This document shows positions 14,601 to 24,987 of a stretch of 64,000 nt of DNA, piece by piece (position 1 is the first letter of the stretch; every line of letters begins with the position of its first letter). This DNA is from Tubulanus polymorphus (taxonomy: Eukaryota; Animalia; Nemertea). The DNA lies in assembly GCF_964204645.1 (NCBI RefSeq), contig NW_027437438.1:62001-126000 (forward strand), written 5' to 3'. A program made the position numbers and the translations under genes. The notes under the pieces are model-generated. The model saw only the letters and a list, made by a program, of their open reading frames with translations. It was not told the origin of the DNA and made no database searches.

Positions 14601-16110
14601 AAACCCGAAAATCATATACATACAGAAAAGTTAATGGTAACTCAGGAAGATAAATATAATTATGTAGTACATTATAGAATGTTAAAGTTTTATCTAAAAC
14701 AAGGAATGATCCTAAAAGAAGTACATAGTTATATTTCATTTAGTCAATCTAAGTGGTTAGAAAAATATATAGATTTTAACACCAAACAGAGAACTGAAAC
14801 TAAAACTGATTTCGAAAAAGATTTCTTCAAACTAATGAATAATGCATTCTATGGTAAGACTTGTGAAAATATTAGAAATAGAAATGATATTGAGTTAGTT
14901 AGTAATGGTAAAAGGATAAGGCATTTACAATCATATCCTAAGTTTTTAGGTAACAGAATATTTGATGAAAATTTAGCCGCAGTTAAGATGAGAAGAACAT
15001 CAATGAAATTTAATAAACCAATCTATGTTGGCGCTTCAGTTTTAGAATTATCAAAATTACTAATGTATGAATTCTATTATAATGTATTACAACCACTTTT
15101 TGGAGAAAAACATCTTAAATCTTATATTTTGATACTGACAGTTACATGTTAAAGATAAAAACTTATAACATAACAGATGATTTAAAAACATTAAAACATC
15201 ATTTTGATTTCAGTAACTATCCTAAAGATCAAGAATTGTTTAGCAATGATAATAAAAAAGTTCCTGGTAAATTCAAAGATGAATTTGGTGGTGAAGAAAT
15301 GATTGAATTCATCGGTATTAGATCTAAAATGTATTCATATAAAACTAAAGAACATGAAGCTAAAAAGTTAAAAGGAATAACCAAAAGTGTAGTAGAAAAG
15401 AATATTCATTTCAAAGATTACATCAATTGTATTTTCAATGAAGAAGTTAGAAAACATAAAATGAGATGTTTAAGATCTGAAGATCATGAAATGTTTATTG
15501 AAATCTAATAATGCAGTACCTTATACATCTAATAATGAAATAATATTAAATATTAGTGAAAATAGAAATTATTGTGATTATTGTAAAGGTGAATTTTCAA
15601 ACGCCCCATCAAATTGGAATAAACATATGAATACAAAGGTAAATATTACTAATGTAATAGAACGTGTTGGTTTAAGAGAATTTATAGAACACCCATTTAA
15701 ATATGTTACAAAGTTTGTTTCAAATAAAAAAGTAAATGGTAAAGAATTATATGAAGATTTATTATTAGCAACACCTAATAAAGATCAATTAGATTTAACC
15801 GATGCTAATAAAATATTAGGATCAAGCACTGTAAATGAAATATTAGGAGCAAACACTAATAAAGATGATAATGAAAATATAGTTACAGATAAGCATATTG
15901 ATAATAAAGATTCTATGAAACATAAAGTAGAAAATAATGATAAATTTGATTGGATGAATAAGCATAACAATGAAACAACTATTGATGATGCGGTAAAAAG
16001 GGCGAAGAATAAGTATAAAAATAAAAACTATTGATGTAGATTCGGTAGAGCATTTGAATAAATTGTTGGGGCCTGATAGTGAATTGGAGAGTGATGATGA
16101 AAGTGATTAA
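11640..16110 (+). pseudogene. polB: Protein-primed family B DNA polymerase with N-terminal C2H2 zinc fingers, an OTU-like region, an endonuclease VII-like insert and a C-terminal ZnF/acidic tail; several frameshifts and stops
   Basis: ExoI VIYGDFES, ExoII FHNLSGYD, ExoIII YLKSDVLLL, PolA YIDANNLYGWAM, PolB KLMNNAFYGK, PolC YFDTDS (shifted frame, ~15125). Also CYYCEK..VRDHDHLNGKFRGAAHENCN, CPTC..H..H and CDTC..H..H fingers, and INVQNFDDKCFLWA...ENHYMWIK. Confidence 0.93.
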
Positions 16111-16142
16111 GATATTAATTATATTTAACTCAAATAATAATA

Positions 16143-16629
16143 TTAGTTGAAAATTGTATAAAATAATAGTAAATAAAAAAGGTGGTTTTAAGTATTTAAG
16201 GTATCTAATACATATCTAATACAATCTAATACATAAAATATCTTATTTTATAAACTGATATTCATATGGAAATTGAAACCTCAGTAATAATAAATAACCT
16301 TTATTATTTTCAAACTTATTCATATATTAGTTGAAAAAATAAAAATAAATTGGTTGAAAATTGTATAAATAATATTTATTTTAAAAAAGGGGGTTTTAAG
16401 TATTTAAGGTATCTAATAGGGTATCAGGTAGTAGGGTATCAGGTATTAGGGTATCTAATAGGGTATCAGGTATTAGGGTATCTAATAGGGTATCAGGTAT
16501 TAGGGTATCTAATAGGGTATCTAATACATAGGTATACAAATAGTTATTTTATAAATTTATATTCATAGGGAAATTGTAGTCTCAGTAATAATTTTGAACC
16601 TTTATTATTCTTTAATTTATTCATATATT
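16143..16629. repeat. ~190-bp tandem duplication; the second copy contains an expanded TAGGGTATC-based minisatellite (~16410-16525)
   Basis: GTTGAAAATTGTATA...GGTTTTAAGTATTTAAGGTATCTAATA...CTCAGTAATAAT...CCTTTATTATT..TTCATATATT occurs twice; units TAGGGTATCTAA / TAGGGTATCAGGTAT. Confidence 0.85.
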
Positions 16630-16679
16630 CATCATGTAATTCAGTAGTGTATAATTGTATAAAAATAGCAATTGATACT

Positions 16680-17197
16680 TATAATCTAAATTTTCTTTTA
16701 CTGTTTTAGGATTTAATATAATAAACTTTTTTATCTTAACTATATCTCTATTATATGTTTTATTGATTTCATAAGTAGGACAACAGGGGCGGACCCAGAG
16801 GGCAAACTTGATTGCCTTCTTAGATTTAATAGGGCATATTATTGTAATCATAAGAGGAATTGTCGGCACTTGTATCAGCGAGCCACGCAGCGGCGACGCC
16901 CGAATTCCATCGGTAAACCACCACTTTGTTTTTGAAAGCATGCAAGAGGCAATCATTTTTTTCTCAGAGTTTAAAAAAAAATCATATACTTTGATAGTTG
17001 AAGGGCATTTAAAAATGTTGACTGCCTTCCGGAAGGCATGGAAGGCAACCTGGATCCGCCCCTGGACAAAATAATATATCAAAATGATTCTTATAAATAG
17101 TTTCTAACAAATCTAATATGAAATGTGTTTTACCACAGTTTGTTACCCCAGTAACTAACATATTATGCGGTTCAAATATAAATAAATCTTTATTCAT
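16680..17197 (-). pseudogene. Polinton FtsK/HerA-type packaging ATPase, N-terminal part only, interrupted by a MITE
   Basis: MLVTGVTNCGKT Walker A. Removing the 16784-17064 insert and one TSD copy restores FDILFCPTYEINKTY; no Walker B half follows. Confidence 0.85.
16784..17064. mobile_element. MITE with CAGGGGCGGA(T/C)CCA TIRs and 5-bp TSD (hAT5-like)
   Basis: TIRs CAGGGGCGGACCCAG / CTGGATCCGCCCCTG; GACAA duplicated at 16779-16783 and 17065-17069. Confidence 0.85.
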
Positions 17198-18279
17198 TTA
17201 TTCTTTTAATTTTACTAGATAAAATCCATTCATTAAATTTATCATCATATCTTTTATATTTCACCAAAGAATACTTTTTTCCTTTAAGAGTTTTTGTTTT
17301 CAATACTTTTTCTATTTTGTATTCTATTTCATCTGGGTTTGGTTCAAGTGATAATTCTTGTTCATAGAAATAACCTAATATTTCTTCATCTTTTAGATCT
17401 TCTAGTTAATAAACAAATGGTTTAGTTAATATTATCTTTTTAATCTTGAATATTTCTTCTGTAAAATTAGGGGTATAACCTTTATAAAATGTTTTTCTAT
17501 ATTTAGATATTCTGACATGTTGCCTAATTTTAAATTTAGGTTCACCGAAATCATGTGTAACAAACGCTCCATATAAATTATTCCAAACTATTTCTGAATT
17601 ATCTTCTTTTCTAGCTTGTATTGGTTTCATATTTATAGAACTATGTTTAGAATTATTATAACCTTTCACCAAATCATCTAACACATTGATATATTCATAT
17701 GTTTCATTAGCAGTAAAATATTTCCACATTCTAGTTTTCAATGTTTTATTAAATCTTTCTATAATAGATGCTTTTTTATCTGAATGTGTTGAAAAATATT
17801 TTACATCGTTATCAGATAATAGTTTTTTGAAATGTTTGTTATAAAATTCCTTACCTTCATCAAATTGTATCTTATCTGGAATAGCTTCTTTAAATATTGA
17901 TTTAAAAGCATTTGTTACTTCTATACCAGTTTTATTTTTGATTGGAATTGACCATGCGTATCTACTGAATATATCTATAACATTTATATCCAGAAATACC
18001 CTTTGTTGTTTTCTTCTAAGTTCTTCATGTCAATTAAATCAGCTTGCCATTGTTGATCGATATATGAAACATAACTTTTCTTGTTAAATAAGTTTTATCC
18101 ATTTTCTTGTGGATTTGATATGTTGGTTGATTTTGTAACCATGATTTTAATTCACCATATTTTATATTACCATTTTCATTATCAGATTTAATTTTATTCC
18201 ATAATTCTGAAACGTTAGAATATGATACCTCACTCTCTGGGTTATAATATAACTCTCTTAAATATTGTTCTTTTTTCAT
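17198..18279 (-). pseudogene. int: Polinton RVE (c-)integrase with C-terminal chromodomain; frameshifted
   Basis: LRELYYNP N-terminus; DDE motifs QWQADL, IQFDEGKEF, KASIIERFNKTLK; KGYTPNFTEEIF; chromo-like YKIEKVL...FLVKY..YDDKFNEWI. Confidence 0.92.
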
Positions 18280-18285
18280 CTTATT

Positions 18286-18659
18286 TTAATCCATTAATGA
18301 TAATTTAGATTTAGTTTCAATGACTTTATGATTTGACTTATTTTCTGGTATAATAGGTTTATTATCATTGGAATCATCTTTATCATCAGATTTGAATTTT
18401 GATTTATGTATTACACCGGATAATATAATAACTGTAACTAATCCAATTGTAATATATAAGTAATTAGTTCTTCCACTATTAGAAGAATTAGATGGATTAT
18501 TATTTGAATCAATATCAGATAAAGTCTGTGATTCATTTATATCAGTTAATTTCATTTCTTTTTCTTAGCTTTTTTTAATTCTGAAGATCTTTTACCTAAT
18601 TCTCTTGCCCATTTAATTTGTTTCTCGGATCTAAACTTTTTCTTAACTCCATCACTCAT
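18286..18659 (-). pseudogene. Small single-pass membrane protein (homologue of 8592-8960), one frameshift
   Basis: RSEKQIKWARELGKRSSELKK upstream in a shifted frame; YLYITIGLVTVIILSGVI; ends LSLMD. Confidence 0.75.
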
Positions 18660-19259
18660 TTATTTTAGTTAATTTTTGTTCTGATTCATTTTCTGTTTCG
18701 ACGTTTGGTTGTAGTACATCTGTTTCGTTCTTACCTGATTTATATTCCATAGGTTTGATGTTCGAAAATGTTATGACGCCAGTAGAAATTAATGTCATAA
18801 CCGATCCTAATTGAAATGAAGCATATCCGACCCATTTTTGTAATTCAGTCATAACTAAGTAGTCATTTTTCAAATCACTATATAATTTATTTCATCATCA
18901 ATTGGTATTAACTGGTTACATAACTTAGAATAACATTTGACAATACCATCTGAAATAGAATCATTTATTTTAGCTAATCTAGCTTCTTCATAAATCTTAA
19001 AATATTTTATTACTTTATCTGGTTTCATAGCATCTAATTCTTGAAAAGTAATAGTCTTAGTTAAAAATTGTTTACACTTTCCGCTAGCAATCAATAGTTC
19101 AAGATGGTGTTTACAATATAAGTAGTATTCATAATCTATATTGTTATTAACTTGAATATTATTTTCAATTTTGGTTGGAATATCCTTATTATCGCTAATA
19201 CCTAAATCATCTAATGTTTTTTCAATATCAATACTATTCTTACTCGATTTCTTTGACAT
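18652..19259 (-). pseudogene. Polinton conserved hypothetical protein, one frameshift near 18870
   Basis: ORFs 18870-19259 and 18652-18873 together match the single reading frame at 8023-8599. Confidence 0.75.
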
Positions 19260-19502
19260 TTATATTAGAGAAATTTGATAAGAAAAATATTATAAGTATT
19301 ATAAAATGATACCAGTATCTCTTTAGATTAATACTAGCTTAGTTAAAGGTAAATAATTTTATTATTAGTCATTGTTTTTTTAGTATTTTTTATTTGTGAT
19401 ATAAAGTATTCTTTTTTGAAAAGAAAATATTAAAAAAACAATAACTAATACTAGTTGAAGATATGTAATTTTTAATACTTTTTATTTAAAATCTATTATT
19501 CT

Positions 19503-20162
19503 TTAACCACTCATTAAAGACTCAACGTATTGTTCATTATTTGGATTATTGTTCCATTGATCAATAAATTTCTTTGCCTTTGTTAACTGTTCTAAATATA
19601 ACTGTAAATCTAGTTTATTAGATTTGATTTGATTTTCTTTCTTTTAAAGAGGTCTTAAATTTTTCCAACCCCAAATAAGTTTTTTATTGTATTCATCATT
19701 CATGTTAAATTTAGATATTGGTAACACATGATCAATATGGTAATAGTCCCCATAATTATCTATGTTCATTTTATCGTCGAATTGAAAATAATCCATGATT
19801 TGAGAAATTCATCTGAACAACCCAACAAATGTTTCTGAATGTGTTTCTTTGTTGAATAATTGTGTTAATCTAGATCTTAAGCATTGTTTCAATCTAAAAT
19901 TAAGATCGGTTTGATATCTTTTTCTCATATATTCTGCCGTATAATAATTATAATGTTCTATATTATCTTCTCGGTATTGTTTGGTATATAGTTTAGTGCA
20001 AGTTTTACAGCAATATTGAAAACCATCTTTGCTAATCTTACGCTTACTAAATTCTGTTAAAGCTTATTTATCTAATTCACATTTAGAACACTTCTTGTAG
20101 TATATATTTATAACACCAGTGTTATTTGTAATATTAATACTTTGTGGTTGTTCTGGCTCCAT
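19503..20162 (-). pseudogene. HNH endonuclease of the giant-virus/phage type with an N-terminal CxxC zinc-binding region
   Basis: Hand translation across frameshifts: KKCSKCE...YCCKTC...DLNFRLKQCLRSRL...LGCSDEFLKSW..FQFDDKMNIDNYGD..HIDHVLPISKF...WGWKNLRPL..KEN..KSNK. Absent from the ORF track because of stops. Confidence 0.75.
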
Positions 20163-20279
20163 TTATTATACATATTTTTTTACTAAATTGGTTAATATTT
20201 TAGAATCCTCTTCCATTTCTTCGACCAACGTCATCCTTTTTCATTCCTCGCTGCTTTTGATCGGTTCGGTTCCTTGATA

Positions 20280-20610
20280 TCTAAATCATACCAGTTACAA
20301 TACCCGCGTCACATGCGGGCATACAGGAGCGCTTTTGCTTAATGCGCATGCGTTAATCATAATTATATATTCATTCTATAAATTCTGTAAAATAGAAACA
20401 ACTGAACACATAAAATATCAAAACGCGTGTGCACTAGGCAAGACCGGGCATTCAGGCCCGGTTTGGATCAATGCGCATGCGCTAATCATAATTATATATT
20501 CATTCTGTAAATAGAAACAACCGACATGAAATATCTAAATCATACCACTAGGCAAGACCGGGCATTCTGGCCCGGTTTGGATCAATGCGCATGCGCTAAT
20601 CATAATTGAA
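20280..20610. promoter_or_regulatory. Putative regulatory region with triplicated TGCGCATGCG (NRF1-like) boxes and duplicated GC hairpins
   Basis: AATGCGCATGCG(T/C)TAATCATAATT occurs three times (~20341, ~20470, ~20584); CTAGGCAAGACCGGGCATTC(A/T)GGCCCGGTTTGG twice; lies upstream of the minus-strand gene block. Confidence 0.5.
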
Positions 20611-21390
20611 ACGACTGAACATAAAAATTCACCAATCAGATTTACACAATACATTATACAAGTTGTTCAGTCGTTTCTCCCAATACATCATTTTATTTCT
20701 ATATACAAAATCTATAATTACAAACATTTTTTCAATTGCTGGTAAATATTTAACTACATCAACAAATGTTAAACTTAATCATTGGAGTCTCAATGTTTTT
20801 GAAATTCTTATATAGTTTCTTCGTTGATCTTTTGGTGTTTCTTGTGCCAATTTCTATTGGTTCGATATCCATTGCTGTTGATTCCTCAGGCAGAAAGAGT
20901 ATCTTGAGTTTCTCTATCGCTTCTTGATGTGTATGACGTTTATTAATCTAAAAGATATTAGCGGTAACTCTAGCTATCTAAAAGATATACAAAATACACT
21001 TAAATATATCTAAAGATTTCATATTTAATAGCCCTAATAACTACAAAAACAGTACTTACATTTAGATTTAGAATTGTAAACTATAAACTCCTAATTGCGT
21101 TTCGAGAGATAGAATATCCTAAGCGTTATGTTACAGCGTCTATTCAGTTCCGGTGCGATTTCGACATGAACACGTCGTCGATTATGCCACGTCATCTAGT
21201 TCCGGTACACCTTCAAGAATGATCTAATGTATATGTCTCTGCAGCATACTATGACTTATATGTCTCGGCGTCATAGTAACAGCTGTTACAGCTGTGAATT
21301 TATAGATTTATTCCATAGCTCTTTACATGGAATGTATATAGGCTCAAATAGAATCATGTTCTAGTATAAACAGCTATATATTATATCATG

Positions 21391-21778
21391 TATATATGTA
21401 TTATTTCAATCACACTTTACTAACACTTTTAATGTTTAAAAATCTAACTCATACAAATATGAATATTGAAATAATGTTTAAAATATATCTATATATCTAT
21501 TCTATAAGAGCTCACACTTTTATATAGAATAATCTGTCAATTTAAATGTTTTTCATTTATATTTTATTCATGTATATGAATATTTTAAGAGTAATAGGGG
21601 TAATGGGCTTTCAGGCTAAAGGTTGAAGGGGCTAGTGAGTAAAAAATGAAAATAACAATAATTTCCTGTTGAATTAGGAGTGTGCGCGACTAATTCAACT
21701 GGAAATTATTGTTATTTTCATTTATTTACGAGCTCGACCCTTCGACCTTTGGCCTGAAAGCCCATTACCCCTATTACT
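21391..21778 (-). repeat. Right TIR (388 bp); 21590-21778 is the terminal imperfect palindrome
   Basis: Reverse complement of 11207-11591. Confidence 0.95.
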
Positions 21779-21984
21779 AGTACATTTTATTGTAAATAAT
21801 CTTATACCGGCACTATTTCTGTATAGCCTTATCGCAGTCATTTCCTAAGGTCCAGTATAAATACTGCTGTACTCTTAACTCTATGAAACAGTTCAAAATA
21901 AACTCCATATATTGCAGTTCTAGTCTTCAGTTCTTGCCTCAGGCCAGTTTTTGCGTTCACATTTTGGTCCCTCGAGCCGGACAC

Positions 21985-23430
21985 ATGGAGGGAGAGCTGG
22001 AGGCTAAACTCAGAAAGCTACGTCGTGCCCGTGGGGCCAAGAAGGGTACCTTTACCCGACGATGCAACAAGTCTTCAGACCGTGTGGCGATGGAAACTTC
22101 TCGTGAAAAACTCGAAGCCGTTTTACTGGAGATCGATGAAGCCGTGAATGAGATCTACGCTGTCAATGAAGAACTGGTATGCCTCCTCGAAACTGATGCC
22201 GAGATTGAAGCCGAAGACCAATATATGGATGCAGTAGATACACACCACCGAACTATCGTCCAGATGATTACCATAGACAGCAAAAACCAGTCGACACATC
22301 GATTAAGTGATACTGCTACCGAAGATGATGACCGCGCCGAAGATGAATACGACGATGACCAGCCATTGCCCTTGCCGTCCAGACAACCGCATGCAGGTGA
22401 CCCTGCAGAATGGCCACGATGGTATGGTCTGTTTTGCTCTAAAGTTGATCGCCAGGTGGCTTTAACAGATGACGAAAAGATGACCCACCTTCAGAATTCC
22501 GTCGCCGGTCCACCGCAGAAGTTAATTGCCGGCAGGCTATTTGATGTTCGACTTTATGGTGACGCTCTTCACGCACTGATGAACAGATACGGCAAAGAAA
22601 ATGATATTGTCCATGCTTGTTTTAGAGCCGTTTTTGACCACCCGCCGCTCAAAGTGCACGATGCCACAGCACTAAAGAACTTCCACGGAGCAGTCCATTC
22701 AGCCGTGACCACTTTGAGGACCCTTGGTTTTGATGGTGATCTGTCGAGTGCTGAAAATCTACGTAGAATTCTTCAAAAGCTACCGTTAGACTTGAAGCGT
22801 GACTGGGGAAAGCAAGCACTCGAGATTGAAGCTGCACGCCAACGTCCGACCCTTATCCATTTCAACGACTGGTTGTCACTTCAACTGAGAGTCCTGCTCA
22901 GCTACGTTGATGTCCAGAAGAGCGATGATCATCATGGCAGAAATTCAAGGACGAGTGGCTGTAAATCCGTGTTGCAGACTGAAGCTGACTCTAGTACTGA
23001 TGATGTCCCATCTTCACATGCTACTGGTAAACCTACAACTTGGAAGAAAGACGTCTGCCCTTGCTGCAAACAGACTCACACACTGATGATGTGCCGAATT
23101 TTTAAATCGAAAACCGTGGATGATCGAGCTCGTTTTGTTGCTGACAGCAGTCTATGCTTCTCGTGTCTACGTCCAGGACACAGGTCACGTTTCTGCCGTT
23201 CCAAGAAGACTTGCAGTGTTCCCGAATGCAGATTGAAGCACCACCCGATGTTACATGGAAACAGCCGCGTTTATCCATTCAGATCTAGCACAGGTGTCAG
23301 CACCTTGGCCGCCACCTCCTCTGACACAACAGAACGAAAGATTGCCGCGTTTACAAATAAGTCTAAAGAAGTGTTACTTCAAGTGGTACCGATCAGAGTT
23401 CAAGGTGAAAATGGTGAAACGGCTGACACA
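21985..23430 (+). CDS. gag: BEL/Pao Gag (DUF1759-like region + CCHC knuckles), truncated at the start of protease
   Basis: GDPAEWPRW..F, LTDDEKMTHLQ, CPCCKQTHTLMMC, CFSCLRPGHRSRFC, CSVPECRLKHHPMLH, VLLQVVPIRV; ATG directly after the PBS. ORF sequence beyond ~23430 is unrelated. Confidence 0.9.
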
Positions 23431-23479
23431 CTGAGCTCTGTTAGCGGAGACAGCTGCGAACCCGGAGACCAGTCCTGCA

Positions 23480-23725
23480 TTGGAAACACGTCCACCAGTG
23501 TTTCCAAAGATCACCCCACCAGACCTCCCTGCTGCCTCAAAAAGAAAGTATACGTCAGACGACCGATTGACCCTCCATTGTGAGTTGATGGCATCTCAAA
23601 AAGAAACAGAGAAGATGAAACGACGGAAACTAGCCCTTGAAATAAAAAAACTGGAAATGGAAATTAGCGCCTTGGAAGCCCAACAAAACCTTTTTACGAT
23701 TTGTGAGATAACTGGAGAAAAATAA
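23480..23725 (+). pseudogene. 3' end of the Harbinger second ORF (Myb/SANT-type DNA-binding partner)
   Basis: Convergent with the transposase; coiled-coil tail EKMKRRKLALEIKKLEMEI typical of Harbinger ORF2 proteins. The Myb domain itself is missing. Confidence 0.5.
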
Positions 23726-24987
23726 AGAATCATTGTAAATTAAATATTATTAATATATATTGCATTACTGGATGTATATACGTACATGAAATTAATTAAA
23801 ATATAATTTATTTGTTTTTGAACTCTTTTAACTAAAATTATACGAACAATGATTCCATACATAAGTTGATTGTTTTATTCGAAATGTCTTTGAGCGAACA
23901 TTGCCCTGTATGCAATACCATGAAGGTGACCACCATCTACTGCCTCCTCTTCTCCATCATCTTCCTCGTGACCATCCATGCCCATCATCATTGGTTCCGG
24001 TTCCTGTAAATCAAGAGCTATGTTGTGTAGGACCATGCACGCTACGATAATTTTGCACACTCGATCAGGTGACATTCGAATTTCTCCATGCAAGGCATGA
24101 AATCGACGTTTCAAAATTCCAAATGCCCTCTCGATGATACATCTTGTTGTTTTGAGTGACCTGTTGTACCTCCTCTCCGCACGAGTTCGAGGTTCCATAA
24201 ATGGTGTAAGTAGGAAACGCCGACACGCGTAGCCGCTGTCGCCAAGAATCACCCCATTATATTCCGGGTGCTCTTCTAAATACCTGAAAGGACATGGGAA
24301 AGGTTATTTTTTTCGATATAGCGATGCAATTCAGGCCATATTTTTTAATCCAATGTCCCTGATTCAAGGGAGTGTAAGAAACAAGTTATTATAGGCCATA
24401 TGTCTCTCTCATAGATCTCATGATCCAGCGGGTGTAAAAGTGGGCCGAAAAAATGAAATTTTTATGAACGAATAAATACGTACTGCAATGTCAAGATATT
24501 TTCCCATTAAAATTATAATTGATCCAACCTATCGACTAGACACACCTGCTAAGAGGAGATGATCGAAATATGTGGCTGTCATGGGTTGATCCTGGCCATT
24601 TAGCGACAACGTTAATAAAGCGAGCTGAAAAATAAAAGAAATATTGTTGTTAATTGCTTTGGGAAAACACATTTATAATACCTGTTTGGCTACTACTTAA
24701 TCTGCAATTACTTAAGTGGGGTTTTCAGGAAAACAAATGCACAAAAAAACTTTAAACTGAATGAACATTCTAGTGAATTGAAATCAAACGAAGGGATAAT
24801 ATGCAGTAACTTTCGGCAAATTTAATTACATCAAAAATCTAGGTGGATTAGCGGTAGGCCCTATTTAACAATTGCATTCACTTCAAAACACTTAGGACTC
24901 ATATCCCGCACGCATTTTTGCAGTTTGATAAACATTTTGTGACACTTAGGTAAATTAAGCAATTAAAATCCCGTACCGAAAGATAAC

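Larger units (their letters stand above)
11207..21778. mobile_element. Polinton/Maverick-like (adintovirus-like) element, 10,572 bp, lacking recognisable capsid genes
   Basis: 6-bp TSD AGTACA (11201-11206 and 21779-21784); AGT...ACT termini; long TIRs; pPolB, RVE integrase and packaging-ATPase genes. Confidence 0.95.
11002..21961 (+). mobile_element. 5' LTR of a BEL/Pao element (11002-11206 + 21785-21961) split by the Polinton insertion
   Basis: Starts TGTT (left boundary tentative) and ends ...TTCACA at 21961. TATAAATA (~21856) and AATAAA (~21897) lie in the right half. Followed by BEL-type PBS TGGTCCCTCGAGCCGG (21965-21980) and the gag ATG at 21985. Confidence 0.65.

Noticed and set aside
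16350-16568. ORF with GYQVLGYLI repeats
   Set aside because: Translation of the TAGGGTATC minisatellite; non-ATG start.
16621-17082. 153-aa ORF (and the 88-aa opposite-strand ORF at 16808-17074)
   Set aside because: Chimeric frames running through the MITE inserted in the ATPase gene.
23430-23583. C-terminal part of the 566-aa ORF as a genuine Gag extension
   Set aside because: Read-through across a BEL/Harbinger breakpoint; the protease motif expected here is missing.
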